DNA of 64,000 nt from Candidatus Actinomarina sp. (GTDB taxonomy: Bacteria; Actinomycetota; Acidimicrobiia; Actinomarinales; Actinomarinaceae). Positions 47,630 to 60,992 of this stretch are shown here, piece after piece. The notes below the pieces were generated by a model. The model was given only the letters and a program-made list of their open reading frames with translations. It was not told the origin of the DNA and made no database searches. Every line of letters begins with the position of its first letter. The stretch's first letter is position 1. The position numbers and the translations under genes were made by a program. The stretch spans positions 30,444 through 94,443 of the forward strand of contig JBEROH010000025.1 of the NCBI GenBank assembly GCA_041234785.1. The letters are read 5' to 3'.

Positions 47630-48253
47630 ATGTTAGAAGATACAAAAATAACTATCGACATAGATAATACAGATGAGGTTGAGGTCACTCCAGCTTTTAC
47701 TCATCCTTATGACCTTCCAGGAGAATGGTTTGTTTTGAATGCTCAGTCAGGACATGAAAAAAAAGTTAAAACTAATATTTTGACAAGAGTTAAAAACCTT
47801 CATCTTGACGATAAAGTTTTTGATGTTGTAATACCAACAGATGAAGTAGTTGAAATCAGAAATGGGAAAAAAGTAAATTTAGAGAAAAAAACTTTTCCAG
47901 GTTATGTTTTAGTTAGGATGGAGTTAGACGACACTACCTGGTATGAGATTAGAAACACCCCTTCAATAATAGGATTTGTTGGTTCAGGAAAAAGACCTAT
48001 AGCTCTTTCTCGTAGAGAGATTGAAAGAATTCTTGGAACAAATGAAGAACTTGAAACTAAAAAAGAATCTCCAAAATATAAACCTGACTTTGAAGTTGGG
48101 GAGACTGTTAGGGTAACAAATGGTCCTTTTGCTGACTTCAATGGTCATATTGAAGAAATAAATTTAGATCAATCAAAAGTTACAGTTTTGGTTAATATAT
48201 TTGGACGAGAAACTCCTGTAGAGCTAGGCTTTACAGACATTGTAAAGAATTAA
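47630..48253 (+). CDS. nusG: Transcription termination/antitermination factor NusG (with an N-terminal extension)
   Basis: NGN domain (EWFVLNAQSGHEKKV...) and KOW domain (FEVGETVRVTNGPFADFNGHIEEIN). Confidence 0.9.
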   Translation: MLEDTKITIDIDNTDEVEVTPAFTHPYDLPGEWFVLNAQSGHEKKVKTNILTRVKNLHLDDKVFDVVIPTDEVVEIRNGKKVNLEKKTFPGYVLVRMELDDTTWYEIRNTPSIIGFVGSGKRPIALSRREIERILGTNEELETKKESPKYKPDFEVGETVRVTNGPFADFNGHIEEINLDQSKVTVLVNIFGRETPVELGFTDIVKN

Positions 48254-48262
48254 GGAAAAAAA

Positions 48263-48688
48263 ATGGCGAAAGCAATAAAAGCAGTTCTTAAATTACAAAT
48301 ACCTGGTGGCGGAGCTACCCCAGCACCTCCTGTAGGTTCTGCATTGGGTCAATATGGTGTCAATATAATGGACTTTGTTCAAGCATTTAATAATGAAACT
48401 GCAAGTAGACAAGGTGAGACGGTTCCAGTTGAAATTACAATTTTTGAAGACAATAAATTTAAGTTTGTCACAAAAACTGCGCCAGCATCTTATTTAATAA
48501 AAAAAGCGATTGGCATTACATCAGGTTCAGCTGAGCCTCATAAAGAAAAAGTAGCATCTATAACCAGAGATCAGTTAAGAACTATTGCAGAAACAAAAAT
48601 GGAAGACTTGAACGCAAATGATGTTGATGCGGCAATAAAAATTATTGCTGGTACAGCAAGGTCAATGGGTGTAACAGTCGAAAGATAA
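48263..48688 (+). CDS. rplK: 50S ribosomal protein L11
   Basis: 141 aa. [26 protein letters not shown] motif. Confidence 0.95.
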   Translation: MAKAIKAVLKLQIPGGGATPAPPVGSALGQYGVNIMDFVQAFNNETASRQGETVPVEITIFEDNKFKFVTKTAPASYLIKKAIGITSGSAEPHKEKVASITRDQLRTIAETKMEDLNANDVDAAIKIIAGTARSMGVTVER

Positions 48689-48738
48689 AAAGTATATTTT
48701 GGGAGGTACAGTGTATCGCTTGAACCAAAGGAGAAGAA

Positions 48739-49425
48739 ATGAAGAAACACGGAAAAAAATACAAATCAGTTAAAAATAATATTCCTTTAGAAAAGCAATC
48801 TAAAACAAATGCTATAGAGATTTGTAAAGAAAATGCAACAGCAAAATTTGATGAATCTGTTGATGTAGCTTTTTCACTTGGTATTGATACAAAAAATCCT
48901 GAACAAAATATTAGAACTACTGTATCTCTTCCAAATGGAACTGGAAAAAAAATTAGAATTGCAGTTTTTGCTGGAGGTGAAGCTCTAACAGAAGCTGAAG
49001 AAGCGGGAGCCGACATTGTTGGAGGAAAAGAGCTCGCTACAAAAGTTGCCTCTGAGCAAAAACTTGATGTAGACATTGTTATCTCAACACCTGAAATGAT
49101 GGCTGAAGTTGGACAACTCGGAAAGATTCTCGGACCTCAAGGATTGATGCCAAATCCAAAAACAGGTACAGTTACTCAAAATGTTGCTAAAGCAGTTGAA
49201 GATTTTAAAAAGGGTAAGGTAGAAGTTAAAAATGACAAGCTAGGAAATTTACATCTTTCAATTGGTAAATCGTCATTTACAATTGAAGCCCTATTAGAAA
49301 ATTTAGAAGAAGTTATTGCAGAAATATTACGTTCTAAACCAGCATCTTCAAAAGGAGAGTATATAAAAAGTCTTTATATTTCTTCTACAATGGGCCCTTC
49401 TATTGGTATTGATATTAATTTATAA
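48739..49425 (+). CDS. rplA: 50S ribosomal protein L1
   Basis: 228 aa. Typical L1 sequence (RIAVFAGGE...GPQGLMPNPKTGTVT). Confidence 0.95.
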   Translation: MKKHGKKYKSVKNNIPLEKQSKTNAIEICKENATAKFDESVDVAFSLGIDTKNPEQNIRTTVSLPNGTGKKIRIAVFAGGEALTEAEEAGADIVGGKELATKVASEQKLDVDIVISTPEMMAEVGQLGKILGPQGLMPNPKTGTVTQNVAKAVEDFKKGKVEVKNDKLGNLHLSIGKSSFTIEALLENLEEVIAEILRSKPASSKGEYIKSLYISSTMGPSIGIDINL

Positions 49426-49552
49426 AATATTTCGTACTTATAAATACAATACGTTTATATTGTAATTTGATAATTAAAACCAAAGACCGTTAGTAGCATT
49501 TGTAAATCTAACGTAGGTAGAGTGTAAGGTCCTTGGTTTAAGGATTTTTTTT
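49426..49552 (+). promoter_or_regulatory. Probable rplJ (L10) leader / autoregulatory 5' UTR
   Basis: 127-nt AT-rich spacer between rplA and rplJ with potential stem-loops (ggtccttggtttaagga...). The position corresponds to the L10(L12)4-binding leader in other bacteria. Structure was not verified. Confidence 0.3.
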
Positions 49553-50146
49553 ATGGTAAGAGAAAACAAAGTTGAAGTTGTTAAAAGTCTTGAAGACTTA
49601 TTTAAATCCGCTAATGCCATAGTATTAGCTGAATACCGAGGACTTACTGTTACTCAACAAACAAAGCTAAGAAGAAAATTAAAAGATGCTGGAGCATCTT
49701 TTAATGTTGTAAAAATGAGTTTAGCAAAAAGAGCAGCACAAAACATAGGTCTTGAATCACTGGAAGGTTTCTTTTCTGGGCCAACAGGAGTCACAGTTAT
49801 TGAATCTGATCCTGTTGAAGCAGCAAAAGTATTAAAAGAGTTTTCAAAAGAGCACGAAGCATTTGTAGTTAAAGGTGGACTAATGAACGACCAACCATTA
49901 ACAGTTGAACAGTTAAATGTTTTAGCGGATATTGAACCCAGAGATATTCTATTGGCAAAAATTGCTAGCGGATTTAATGCACCCATGGTTAAAGTTGCTT
50001 TTGGTGCTAAAGCTATATTGAGTAAGGCTGGGTATGCATGGAATGCTTTGTTAGAAAAAAAAGCATCTGGAGTACAAGTTTCTGAAACTGTTAAATCTGA
50101 TGAAGAGGATGTAGTTTCTGATGAAGTTAAAAACGAGGAGGAATAA
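49553..50146 (+). CDS. rplJ: 50S ribosomal protein L10
   Basis: 197 aa with typical L10 N-domain and an acidic C-tail. Confidence 0.9.
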   Translation: MVRENKVEVVKSLEDLFKSANAIVLAEYRGLTVTQQTKLRRKLKDAGASFNVVKMSLAKRAAQNIGLESLEGFFSGPTGVTVIESDPVEAAKVLKEFSKEHEAFVVKGGLMNDQPLTVEQLNVLADIEPRDILLAKIASGFNAPMVKVAFGAKAILSKAGYAWNALLEKKASGVQVSETVKSDEEDVVSDEVKNEEE

Positions 50147-50148
50147 AA

Positions 50149-50535
50149 ATGGCAAAAATGACAACTGATGAGTTACTTAGCATCTTTGAAGAAATGACTG
50201 TTTTAGAGTTAAAAGAGTTTTTAGATGCTTTTGAAGAAAAATTTGATGTATCTGCTGCAGCCCCTGTAGCTGTTGCTGCTGCACCAGTTGGTGGTGGATC
50301 AGACGGAGGAGCAGAGGCTGAAAAAGATTCTTTTGATGTAGTACTTTCAAGTGCTGGATCACAAAAAATACAAGTAATTAAAGAAGTTAGAGGTTTGACA
50401 AGTCTTGGATTAAAAGAAGCGAAAGATCTTGTTGACAGTGCACCATCAGACATCCTAACTGGAGTTTCCAAGGAAGCTGCAGATAAAGCCAAAGAAGCTT
50501 TAGAAGGTGCTGGCGCAACTGTAGAAATCAAATAA
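50149..50535 (+). CDS. rplL: 50S ribosomal protein L7/L12
   Basis: 128 aa. Ala-rich hinge and [15 protein letters not shown]...[13 protein letters not shown]. Confidence 0.95.
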   Translation: MAKMTTDELLSIFEEMTVLELKEFLDAFEEKFDVSAAAPVAVAAAPVGGGSDGGAEAEKDSFDVVLSSAGSQKIQVIKEVRGLTSLGLKEAKDLVDSAPSDILTGVSKEAADKAKEALEGAGATVEIK

Positions 50536-50618
50536 TTTTTAGAATTATTTGTTTGCTTAATTACATAGTGCTAATATAATCTATCATTCGGTAGCTGTTA
50601 ATTTATTTTTGAGGAGGC

Positions 50619-53600
50619 TTGTTGTCCGCTGTTCAGAATTCTAGACTTTCGTTTGCAAAAATTCCTAAAGTTCTAGATATTCCAGATTTACTTATTATTC
50701 AAAAAGATTCATTCAAGTGGTTTATTGAAGAAGGTCTCAAAGAAATGCTAGATGAAATTTCACCTATTGAAGATTTTTCAGGAAGATTTTCTTTAGAATT
50801 TTTAAATCATTACTTTGAAGAACCACTTAAAACTCTTGATGATTGTAGGATAACAGACTCAACTTATTCTCAGCCACTTTATGTTACTGCCCAGTTTTTA
50901 GATAGGGAAACAGGTCAGATAAAACAACAAACAGTTTTCTTGGGTGATTTTCCAATAATGACAGATACAGGAACTTTTGTTATTAATGGTACTGAAAGAG
51001 TTATTGTAAGTCAGTTAGTTAGATCTCCCGGAGTATATTTTTCACAAGAAATAGACAAAACTTCTGATAAAGAAGTTTTTATTGGAAAGATGATTCCTGG
51101 TCGTGGGGCTTGGTTAGAGTTTGACACAGATAAACGTGACACGCTAGGCGTTAGGGTTGACAGAAAAAGAAGACAACATATCACCGGATTTTTAATGGCT
51201 TTAGATGTCATTGAGAACAAAGATCAAGCAATAGATCTTTTAGGAGACTATCCATCTGTTCGAAATACCATAGAAAGAGATCCAGACACTTCTAGAGAAG
51301 CTGCTTTAATTGACTTGTATCGAAAGCTTAGACCTGGAGAACCAGCTACTGTTGAATCTGCAAAAAATCTTGTTAAACAAATGTTTTATACCCCTAAAAG
51401 ATATGATCTTACAAAAGTAGGTAGATATAAAGTTGAACAAAAACTTGGTCGTGAATATGGTGAAAAAGATGCAGAAACTTACACTACTGAAGTAGATGGA
51501 ATGTTAAGGGTCGATGACATGATTGACTCAATTAAATATGTGATTGCTTTACACGCTGGAGAAAAAACTTTTATAAATAATAAAGGTAAAGAAATTCAAG
51601 TAAGACTTGATGATATTGATCATTTTGGAAACAGAAGAATAAGGACTGTTGGAGAGCTTATTCAAAATCAAGTTAGAGTAGGCTTAAGCAGGCTCGAAAG
51701 GGTTGTAAGAGAGAGAATGACAACTCAAGAACCTGAGGCAATTACTCCTCAATCGTTAATTAACATCCGACCAATTCAGGCAGCGCTAAAAGAATTTTTT
51801 GGAACAAGTCAGTTAAGTCAATTTATGGATCAACCAAACCCAATTGCAGGTTTAACTCACAGAAGAAGACTTTCTGCCTTAGGTCCCGGTGGTCTTTCTA
51901 GAGAACGAGCAGGGTTTGAAGTTAGAGACGTGCATCCATCTCATTATGGAAGAATGTGTCCGATTGAAACACCGGAAGGTCCAAATATTGGACTTATTGG
52001 AACTCTTGCAACTTATGGAAGGGTAAACAAATTCGGATTTATTGAAACTCCTTACTGGAAAGTTGAAAATGGCGTTGTAAGAACTAACAAAGCAGTTTAT
52101 TTAACTGCTGCTCAAGAAGATGAATTTACCATTGCACAGGCTAACGCACCTCTAAATGATGACGGTACTTTTAAAAATAAAAGAATTTTATCAAGACAAC
52201 ATGGTGGAGAGGTTGCATACGTCACCGATAAAGAAATTAATTTTATGGATGTTAGTCCAAAACAAATCTGTTCAGTAACTACTGCCCTTATACCATTTTT
52301 AGAACATGATGATGCAAACAGAGCTTTAATGGGTTCTAACATGCAACGACAAGCTGTACCTTTAGTTACAGCTGAAGCTCCATATGTTGGAACCGGTATG
52401 GAGGAAAATGTAGCTAGAGATTCAGGAGAAGCTTTAATTTCAAATATTCACGGTGAAGTACAAGAAGTTTCAGGAGATGAAATTGTTGTTAAAGAAGAAG
52501 GAACTAATCAAAAGTTTAGATTTAAAGTTTTAAAATTTAAAAGATCAAATCAAGCTACAAGCTGGAATCAAAAGCCCCTCGTAAAAATTGGGACAAAAGT
52601 AAAACCTGGTGACGTACTTGCTGATGGACCAAGTACTCAAGGAGGAGAACTGGCACTAGGTAAAAATCTTCTTGTAGGTTACATGCCATGGGATGGTTAT
52701 AACTTTGAAGATTCAATAGTTATATCTGAGAGACTTGTGAAAGAGGATGTATTAACTTCTGTTCATATTGCTGAACATGAAATTGAAGCAAGAGACACAA
52801 AGCTTGGTGAGGAAGAAATAACTAGAGACATTCCAAATGTAGCAGAAGAAGTTTTAATGGACTTAGACGAAATGGGAATAGTCAGAATTGGCGCAGAAGT
52901 TTCTCCTGGTGATTATTTAGTTGGAAAAGTAACTCCAAAAGGCGAAACCGAGCTTACCCCAGAAGAAAGATTATTAAGAGCTATTTTCGGAGAAAAAGCT
53001 AGAGAAGTTAGAGATACTTCTTTAAGAGTTCCTCATGGTGAAAGAGGAAAAGTAATAGATGTCCAAATTTTAAAACGTGATGATGGTGCAGATTTGCCAC
53101 CAGGAGTAAATCAAAAAGTTAGAGTTTATGTAGCAATACAAAGAAAAATTCAAGTAGGAGACAAGCTTTCAGGACGGCATGGAAACAAAGGTGTTATATC
53201 TAAAATTCTACCTATTGAAGATATGCCTTATATGGAAGATGGTACACCACTAGATATTATGTTGTCACCTTTAGGTGTTCCTAGCAGAATGAATTTAGGT
53301 CAGATTCTAGAGACACATTTAGGATGGGCAGCAAATCAAGGATGGAAAGAATTTAAAGGGTCCACAAATGCATCTAAAGGGGCTAAACCGGGAACTTTAG
53401 TTTCTACACCCGTTTTTGATGGTGCTAGTGAAGATGAGATACATGAAATTTTAAAAAATGTAAACCCTAATCGTGACGGTCAATTAATGGTTGATGAAGA
53501 TGGAAAAACCATGTTGTATGACGGACGTACAGGTGAAGCATTTGATGCAAAGATTACTGTTGGATACGCATATATCCTAAAGCTTATCCACCTTGTTGAT

Positions 53601-54011
53601 GAAAAAATTCATGCAAGATCTACTGGACCATATTCTATGATTACTCAACAGCCTTTGGGTGGAAAAGCGCAATTTGGCGGACAAAGATTTGGAGAAATGG
53701 AAGTATGGGCTTTGGAAGCTTATGGTGCAAGTTATGCTCTCCAAGAATTATTAACAATTAAATCTGACGATACAGTAGGTCGAGTAAAAGTTTATGAATC
53801 TATTGTTAAAGGCGATAATATTCCTGAACCAGGAATTCCAGAATCTTTCAAGGTTTTGTTAAAAGAAATGCAAAGTTTGTGTTTAAATGTTGAGATTCTT
53901 TCTGCTGGTGAAGAAATTTCAATGAAGGATATTAGTGACGAATATGTCAAAACCGCTGAGACACTTGGTATTGACATGACTAGACCAGAACAAGACGAAG
54001 TGGGGATATAA
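50619..54011 (+). CDS. rpoB: DNA-directed RNA polymerase subunit beta
   Basis: 1130 aa uninterrupted. Conserved beta motifs throughout. TTG start after GAGGAGG. Confidence 0.95.
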   Translation: MLSAVQNSRLSFAKIPKVLDIPDLLIIQKDSFKWFIEEGLKEMLDEISPIEDFSGRFSLEFLNHYFEEPLKTLDDCRITDSTYSQPLYVTAQFLDRETGQIKQQTVFLGDFPIMTDTGTFVINGTERVIVSQLVRSPGVYFSQEIDKTSDKEVFIGKMIPGRGAWLEFDTDKRDTLGVRVDRKRRQHITGFLMALDVIENKDQAIDLLGDYPSVRNTIERDPDTSREAALIDLYRKLRPGEPATVESAKNLVKQMFYTPKRYDLTKVGRYKVEQKLGREYGEKDAETYTTEVDGMLRVDDMIDSIKYVIALHAGEKTFINNKGKEIQVRLDDIDHFGNRRIRTVGELIQNQVRVGLSRLERVVRERMTTQEPEAITPQSLINIRPIQAALKEFFGTSQLSQFMDQPNPIAGLTHRRRLSALGPGGLSRERAGFEVRDVHPSHYGRMCPIETPEGPNIGLIGTLATYGRVNKFGFIETPYWKVENGVVRTNKAVYLTAAQEDEFTIAQANAPLNDDGTFKNKRILSRQHGGEVAYVTDKEINFMDVSPKQICSVTTALIPFLEHDDANRALMGSNMQRQAVPLVTAEAPYVGTGMEENVARDSGEALISNIHGEVQEVSGDEIVVKEEGTNQKFRFKVLKFKRSNQATSWNQKPLVKIGTKVKPGDVLADGPSTQGGELALGKNLLVGYMPWDGYNFEDSIVISERLVKEDVLTSVHIAEHEIEARDTKLGEEEITRDIPNVAEEVLMDLDEMGIVRIGAEVSPGDYLVGKVTPKGETELTPEERLLRAIFGEKAREVRDTSLRVPHGERGKVIDVQILKRDDGADLPPGVNQKVRVYVAIQRKIQVGDKLSGRHGNKGVISKILPIEDMPYMEDGTPLDIMLSPLGVPSRMNLGQILETHLGWAANQGWKEFKGSTNASKGAKPGTLVSTPVFDGASEDEIHEILKNVNPNRDGQLMVDEDGKTMLYDGRTGEAFDAKITVGYAYILKLIHLVDEKIHARSTGPYSMITQQPLGGKAQFGGQRFGEMEVWALEAYGASYALQELLTIKSDDTVGRVKVYESIVKGDNIPEPGIPESFKVLLKEMQSLCLNVEILSAGEEISMKDISDEYVKTAETLGIDMTRPEQDEVGI

Positions 54012-54014
54012 AAA

Positions 54015-57000
54015 ATGGATAAAGTTTTTGACCAATTAAGCATAAGTCTTGCAACATCTGATCAAATGCGAAGCTGGTCATTTGGAGAAGTTAAAAAACC
54101 AGAGACCATAAATTATAGGACTTTAAAACCAGAAAAAGATGGCCTATTTGATGAAAGAATTTTTGGACCAACAAAAGATTGGGAATGTTCATGTGGTAGA
54201 TATAAGAGAATTAGATATAGAGGCATTGTCTGTGAGCGATGTGGTGTTGAAGTTACTCGAAGAGAAGTTCGTCGTGAAAGAATGGGTCATATCGAACTAG
54301 CAGCACCAGTTACACACATTTGGTATTTCAAAGGTGTCCCAAGTCGTCTAGGTTATTTTTTAGACATGTCTCCTAAAGAACTTGAAAAAGTTATCTATTT
54401 TGCTGCATATTTAGTTGTATCTATCGACAGTAAAAAAAGAACTAAGGATTTAGCAGAACTCGAGGAAGCAGTTGTTGCAGAGGTTGAAATCGTAAATGAA
54501 GATTTTGACGAGTGGGAACAAAAAAGAGTAAAACAAATGGACACTGAGATTAAAGCAATGGAAAGTGCAAAAATTTCTGATGCTGAAATTCAAATCAGAA
54601 AAAAAGAAGTAGAAAAAGAAATCAAACAGAAAAAAGCAAAATCAGATGCAGAAATTAAAATTATTGAAGAAGCTTTTTCAACCTTAAAATCTCTTAAACC
54701 AAGAACGCTGATAGAAAATGACACTCTATGGCGTGAAATGATAGATAAATATGATGAGTATTTTACTGGTGGAATGGGTGCAGAAGCCGTAAGAGATTTG
54801 GTTAAATTAGTAGATTTAAAAGCTGAAATGGAAAAGTTAGAATTAGATTTAGAATCAAAATCTGCTCAAAGACGACAAAGAGCAATTCAACGAATGAAAG
54901 TAATAAAACCATTTGCTGATGGAAAAAATCCTCCTGAGGCAATGATTTTAGAAGTAATTCCCGTCATTCCTCCAGAGTTAAGACCTATGGTTCAACTTGA
55001 TGGAGGACGTTTTGCTACCTCAGATTTAAACGATTTGTATAGAAGACTTATCAATAGAAACAACAGGTTAAAAAAACTTATTGAACTTGGCGCACCTGAC
55101 ATCATTATTAGTAATGAAAAGAGAATGCTACAAGAATCTGTAGATGCATTATTTGACAATGGTCGAAGAGGTAGAGCAGTTGCCGGAGCAGGCGGAAGAG
55201 GACTTAAATCACTTTCTGACATGTTGAAAGGTAAACAGGGAAGATTTAGACAAAATCTTCTTGGAAAAAGAGTAGATTACTCTGCTAGATCTGTAATTGT
55301 TGTTGGCCCCCATTTACAGCTTCAACAATGTGGATTGCCAAAAATGATGGCACTTGAACTTTTTAAACCTTTTGTTATGAAGAGGTTGGTAGAACTTGGG
55401 TTAGCTCAAAATATTAAATCGGCAAAAAGAATGGTTGAAAGAGCCAGAGCTCAAGTTTGGGATGTTTTAGCAGAAGTCATTGAAGAACATCCAGTACTTT
55501 TAAATAGAGCTCCTACACTTCACAGATTAGGTATTCAGGCGTTTGAACCAATTTTAGTTGAAGGTAAAGCTATTCAGGTTCATCCGTTAGTTTGTGAGGC
55601 ATTTAATGCAGACTTTGATGGAGACCAAATGGCTGTTCATGTACCACTTTCTGCTGAAGCACAAGCTGAAGCAAGAGTGTTGATGTTATCTACTAATAAT
55701 GTTCTTTCTCCTGCCTCAGGAAATCCTATAGTTTCTCCAAGCCAAGATATGGTTATTGGTCTCTACTATATAACAGAATGTCATGATGATCTTTCAATAG
55801 CTAAACATAACTTTGTAGATTTTAATGAAGCACAAATTGCTTATGAAAATGGTCATATTAAGTTACAAACTCCAATTAGTGTAAGAATCGGAGATCTTGC
55901 TGGAAGTCCAGAAATGCATAATGAACTAAAAGGAAGATTTTCAGAATTAATAACTGATGAGCCTATAGATGGCACTAAATTAACAAAAACTACTCTTGGT
56001 AGACTTCATTTTAATTCAATTATGCCAAAGGATTTTCCCTATATTCAATCAACGGTAAGAAAACCAGAAATGAAAAAAATTATTTCTGAAATTATAGAAA
56101 GATACAACAAAGCAGAATTAAGAGAATTTTTAGATGCGATGAAGTCTGTTGGCTTTATTTTTGGTACTAAATCAGGACTTACTGTTGCAATGAATGATGT
56201 TAAAACACCTCCTAGTCAAAGTGTAATTTTAGAAAAATATGAAGCTGAAGCTGAAAAAGTCAAAAAACTTTTTAAAGATGACATCATAACTGAAAACGAA
56301 AGAAAGCAAAAAACTATAGAAATTTGGAATGAAGCCACAGAAGAAGTCATGGAAGCTATGAAAATAGAGCTTCAAAGAGAAAAATTTAATCCTGTTGATA
56401 TGATGGTTAAATCTGGTGCAAGAGGAAACATGATGCAAGTAAGACAATTAGCTTGAATGAGAGGACTTGTAGCAAATCCAAAAGGTGACATTATTGAGAG
56501 TCCAATAAAAAGTAATTTTAGAGAGGGAATGTCAGTACTAGAATATTTTATCTCAACTCACGGTGCTAGAAAAGGTCTTGCAGACACAGCTTTAAGAACA
56601 GCTGACTCTGGATATCTAACCAGAAGGCTTGTTGACGTTGCAGCTGGAATTGTAGTAAAAGAATTAGGAGATGAAAATATTGACTGGAGAGGAACTAACA
56701 AAAAAGTTATTATAGACGGAAAAGTTAGTCGTTACCTTCACTCATCACTCTATGGAAGAGTGTTAGCAGAAGATGTTAAAGTAAATAAAAAGATTGTAGA
56801 GCTCAAAAATGGTACAAAGTTAACTAAAGGAACTTATATCGATGCTGAAGTTCTTGACGGTATAGCTAAATCAGGAGTGGAAGATCTAAATGTATTAACC
56901 CCATTCAACTCTTTGCATCCTGAATCAATGGATCCTTTGTGTTATGGTTTTAGCTTAGCAACGGGAAAGCCGGTTGAAGTTGGCGAAGCAGTAGGAATTA

Positions 57001-57929
57001 TTTCAGCTCAGTCAATAGGTGAGCCTGGAACACAATTGACTATGAGAACTTTTCATACAGGTGGAGTTGTTGGATTAGATATTACTTCAGGACTTCCTAG
57101 AATTGTGGAGCTTTTTGAAGCCAGAACTCCAAAAGGAAAAGCAGTTCTATCTCCGATTAAAGGAAAGATAAAATCTATAGACTCAACTCCTGAAGGTAAT
57201 AAAACAGTTCTTATTTCAAATGAAAAAGAAGATGTAGAACTGTTAGTTTTAAGAAGACAAACGTTGTTAGTCAATCAAGGAGACAATCTGATTGCTGGTC
57301 AAGCTTTAACCACAGGTCCTAAAGATCCAAAAGAAGTTCTACAAATTAATGGTGTAAAAACTTGTCAAGAATATTTGGTTGGCGAAGTCCAAAAGACTTA
57401 CCGCGATCAAGGAGTTGAAGTTCATGATAAGCATGTTGAAATGATAGTTCGACAAATGTTGAGAAGAGTTAGAATTGTAAAATCTAATAACTCTGAATTT
57501 TTGCCAAATGAACTTGTTGACTCAACACTATTTAGAAAGACTAACCAAGGGTTAGTCAAAGATGGGAAAGTACCTGCTGAAGGAAGACCTGAGCTTATGG
57601 GTATCACAAAAGCTAGCCTTGCAACAGACTCCTGGTTATCAGCAGCATCATTCCAAGAAACAACAAGAGTACTAACTGAGGCAGCGATGAAGAGAAGTAC
57701 AGACTCGCTAAGCGGTTTGAAAGAGAATGTGATTATTGGTACATTAATACCTGCTGGAACAGGTTCAACTGCTTACCAAAAATTAATGCCTTCTTTACCA
57801 GGTGCTCCGCAAGTTTCTGAACTTGGATTTATGGCTTCAACTTCTGGTGATTCTGAAGACGATGCCTTACCAAATCCAGCTCAATGGCTAGCTATGTTAG
57901 GTGAAGAAAAAGAACAGGAGGATGAATAA
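54015..57929 (+). CDS. rpoC: DNA-directed RNA polymerase subunit beta-prime, interrupted by a single in-frame TGA at 56454-56456
   Basis: ORFs 54015..56456 (813 aa) and 56457..57929 (490 aa) are in the same frame. The junction reads ...[29 protein letters not shown] versus E. coli QIRQLAGMRGLMAKPDG, so the stop replaces the invariant Gly. Combined length 1304 aa is normal for beta-prime. Confidence 0.85.
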
Positions 57930-58023
57930 AAAACTTATAAATTATAGGTTGTTGTAAGTTTAAATTCGTCATATACTTCTTTTTCGGTAAGCCAAAAATA
58001 TAATTTATTAGATTGGAACAATT

Positions 58024-58392
58024 ATGCCTACAACTCAACAGTTGGTTAGAAAAGGTAGAAAGTCTAAAGTGTCGAAAGAAAAGACACCTGGACTAAAGGG
58101 TTCACCTCAAAGAAGAGGTGTGTGTACTCGTGTGTACACTGTTACTCCTAAAAAACCAAACTCTGCTTTAAGAAAAGTATGTAGAGTTAGGCTCTCAACA
58201 GGATCAGAGGTTACAGCCTATATTCCTGGTGAAGGTCATAATTTACAAGAACATTCAATTGTTTTAGTTAGAGGTGGAAGAGTTAAAGACTTACCTGGAG
58301 TTCGATATAAAGTGATTAGAGGCGCACTTGATACTGCTGGTGTGTCTGATAGGAAACAAGCAAGGTCTCGTTATGGAAGTAAAAAAGGTTAA
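58024..58392 (+). CDS. rpsL: 30S ribosomal protein S12
   Basis: 122 aa. [11 protein letters not shown] motif. Confidence 0.95.
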   Translation: MPTTQQLVRKGRKSKVSKEKTPGLKGSPQRRGVCTRVYTVTPKKPNSALRKVCRVRLSTGSEVTAYIPGEGHNLQEHSIVLVRGGRVKDLPGVRYKVIRGALDTAGVSDRKQARSRYGSKKG

Positions 58393-58396
58393 TTAA

Positions 58397-58864
58397 ATGA
58401 GAAGAGGACCATCCTTAAAAAGAAAGCCAATACCTGACCCTATATATAATAGTGTTTTAGTTTCTCAATTAATCAATCAAGTTTTATTGGATGGGAAAAA
58501 AGACACTGCAAGTAGCATTGTTTATTCTGCTTTAGATTTAGTTCAAAAACAAACCGGTAGCGATCCAATTACTACATTAAAAAATGCATTTGAAAATGTT
58601 AGACCTCAAATAGAGACCAAATCAAGAAGAGTTGGAGGCACAAACTATCAAGTTCCAATGGAAGTTCCTCAAAGAAGAAGTACAACTTTAGCCATTAGAT
58701 GGATGATAACTTCTTCAAGAAAAAGAGGAGAAAATACTATGGCAGAAAGGCTTGGAAGAGAAATTTTAGATGCCAGTAATAAAACTGGTGCTTCTGTCAA
58801 GAAAAGAGAAGATGTACATAAAATGGCAGAATCTAATAGAGCATTTGCTCACTACAGATGGTAA
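58397..58864 (+). CDS. rpsG: 30S ribosomal protein S7
   Basis: 155 aa with typical S7 sequence. Confidence 0.95.
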   Translation: MRRGPSLKRKPIPDPIYNSVLVSQLINQVLLDGKKDTASSIVYSALDLVQKQTGSDPITTLKNAFENVRPQIETKSRRVGGTNYQVPMEVPQRRSTTLAIRWMITSSRKRGENTMAERLGREILDASNKTGASVKKREDVHKMAESNRAFAHYRW

Positions 58865-58867
58865 ATT

Positions 58868-60955
58868 ATGTCTAGAGAATTAGAACTCAAGCAACTTAGA
58901 AATATTGGCATTATGGCCCATATTGATGCGGGTAAAACAACTTTAACTGAAAGAATTCTTTATTATACCGGTAAAACTTACAAAATCGGTGAAGTTCATG
59001 ATGGAGCTGCTGTTATGGACTGGATGGAACAAGAACAGGAAAGAGGTATTACAATTACCTCAGCTGCTACAACTTGTATGTGGAATAAACATACAATTAA
59101 TATAATCGATACCCCTGGTCACGTCGATTTCACTGTGGAAGTTGAAAGATCTTTAAGGGTTTTAGACGGTGCAGTCGCAGTTTTTGATGGTGTTGCAGGT
59201 GTAGAACCTCAATCCGAAACTGTTTGGAGACAAGCAGATAAGTACAATGTTCCTAGAATTTGCTTTATTAACAAACTTGATCGTACTGGTGCTGATTTTG
59301 ATGCTGACGTGCAATCAATTATTGACAGGCTTGCCGCAAAACCAGCTGTTTTACATATCCCTATTGGCACTGAATCAGATTTTATTGGGGTAATTGATCT
59401 TGTAGAAATGAAATCTCATATTTGGTCTAAAGATGATGGTTCTGAATGGGATATTAGTGAAATATCTGAAGACATGATCGAGGAGGCAAAATTAAAAAGA
59501 CAAGAATTATTGGATGTAGTTGCTGAGGCTGATGATGATGTTTTAGAAAAATATTTTTCAGAAGAAGAGTTGACTACTGCAGATATAAAAAAAGCAATTA
59601 GAAAAGGTACTCTTCAAGGGCTTTTTGTACCAGTTCTTGCAGGTAGCGCATTTAAAAATAAAGGTGTGCAGTTATTGTTAAATGCAGTTGTTGACTATCT
59701 TCCATCACCTATGGATATTGATCCTGTTAAAGGTTTTAAACCTGGAGATGAAGAGAATGAAATTGAAAGAAAACATAGCGATCAAGAACCATTCTCTGCT
59801 CTAGCATTTAAGGTAGTAAGCGATCCCCATGTTGGTAAACTAACTTATTTCAGAGTTTATTCGGGGACTTTAAAAAAAGGAGATAAAGTTTTAAATACTA
59901 GTACTGGTAAAGATGACAGACTAGGAAGAATTTTAAGAATGCATGCAAACACAAGAGAAGATATAGATTTTATTGGGACTGGTGACATTGTTGCTGGAGT
60001 TGGTTTAAAAAATGCAAAAACAGGTGACACTCTAGCTGACCCTTCAAAACCAATTCAACTTGAATCAATGACATTTCCTGAACCAGTTATATCTGTTGCG
60101 ATTGAACCTAAGTCCAAAGCAGATGAAGAAAAGTTGTCTGAAGGATTACAAAAACTCGCTGAAGAAGATCCAACTTTCAGAGTAAATTCAGATATTGAAA
60201 CTGGTCAAACAATAATATCCGGCATGGGAGAGCTTCATTTAGATATTCTTGTTGACAGGCTCAAAAGAGAATTCAAAGTTGAAGCTAATATTGGAAAACC
60301 ACAAGTTGCTTATAGAGAAGCGTTAAAAACTAAAGCTAATGTTGAAGCTAAATATATTAGGCAAAGTGGTGGTAGAGGTCAATACGGACATGTTGTTATG
60401 GAGTTCGAGCCAATTAATGATGGATACGAATTTGTAGATCAAATAAAAAGTGGACGTATTCCTAAAGAGTATATTCCTTCAGTAAATGCTGGAGTTTCAG
60501 CTGCAATGGAAACAGGAGTATTAGCGGGATATCCACTGGTAAATGTTAAAGCAACACTATTAGATGGAACATATCATGATGTTGACTCTTCAGAAATGGC
60601 TTTCAAAATTGCTGGCTCTATGGCATTAAAAGATGGTGCGAAAAAAGCAGGTGTAAAATTACTTGAACCGGTAATGTCTATAGAGGTTGTTACACCAGAA
60701 GATTTTATGGGAGATGTTGTCGGAGATCTTTCTTCTAGAAGAGGAAAGATTGCTGAAATGGGACAAAGAGGATCTGCAAAGGTCGTTAATGCTAAAGTAC
60801 CATTATCAGAAATGTTTGGTTACGCAACTGACTTGCGTTCAAAAACACAGGGCCGTGCAACATTTACGATGCAGTTTGATAGTTATGAAGACGTTCCAGA
60901 CTCTATAACTAAAGAAATCACTGCAAGTATTCGTGGAGTAGAGGTAGAAGTTTAA
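58868..60955 (+). CDS. fusA: Elongation factor G
   Basis: 695 aa. G1 [10 protein letters not shown]3 DTPGH, G4 NKLD. Confidence 0.95.
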   Translation: MSRELELKQLRNIGIMAHIDAGKTTLTERILYYTGKTYKIGEVHDGAAVMDWMEQEQERGITITSAATTCMWNKHTINIIDTPGHVDFTVEVERSLRVLDGAVAVFDGVAGVEPQSETVWRQADKYNVPRICFINKLDRTGADFDADVQSIIDRLAAKPAVLHIPIGTESDFIGVIDLVEMKSHIWSKDDGSEWDISEISEDMIEEAKLKRQELLDVVAEADDDVLEKYFSEEELTTADIKKAIRKGTLQGLFVPVLAGSAFKNKGVQLLLNAVVDYLPSPMDIDPVKGFKPGDEENEIERKHSDQEPFSALAFKVVSDPHVGKLTYFRVYSGTLKKGDKVLNTSTGKDDRLGRILRMHANTREDIDFIGTGDIVAGVGLKNAKTGDTLADPSKPIQLESMTFPEPVISVAIEPKSKADEEKLSEGLQKLAEEDPTFRVNSDIETGQTIISGMGELHLDILVDRLKREFKVEANIGKPQVAYREALKTKANVEAKYIRQSGGRGQYGHVVMEFEPINDGYEFVDQIKSGRIPKEYIPSVNAGVSAAMETGVLAGYPLVNVKATLLDGTYHDVDSSEMAFKIAGSMALKDGAKKAGVKLLEPVMSIEVVTPEDFMGDVVGDLSSRRGKIAEMGQRGSAKVVNAKVPLSEMFGYATDLRSKTQGRATFTMQFDSYEDVPDSITKEITASIRGVEVEV

Positions 60956-60992
60956 GCAGTAAATTGCTTTAACTTAAAATAAAGGAGAAAAA

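Noticed and set aside
48642-50535. Antisense ORFs inside ribosomal protein, rpoB/rpoC and nuo genes (e.g. 48642..49076-, 49654..49986-, 50127..50531-, 38883..39305-, 11141..11452-)
   Set aside because: They lie fully within strongly supported genes on the opposite strand. They have low-complexity Ser/Ala/Pro-rich translations typical of antisense frames.
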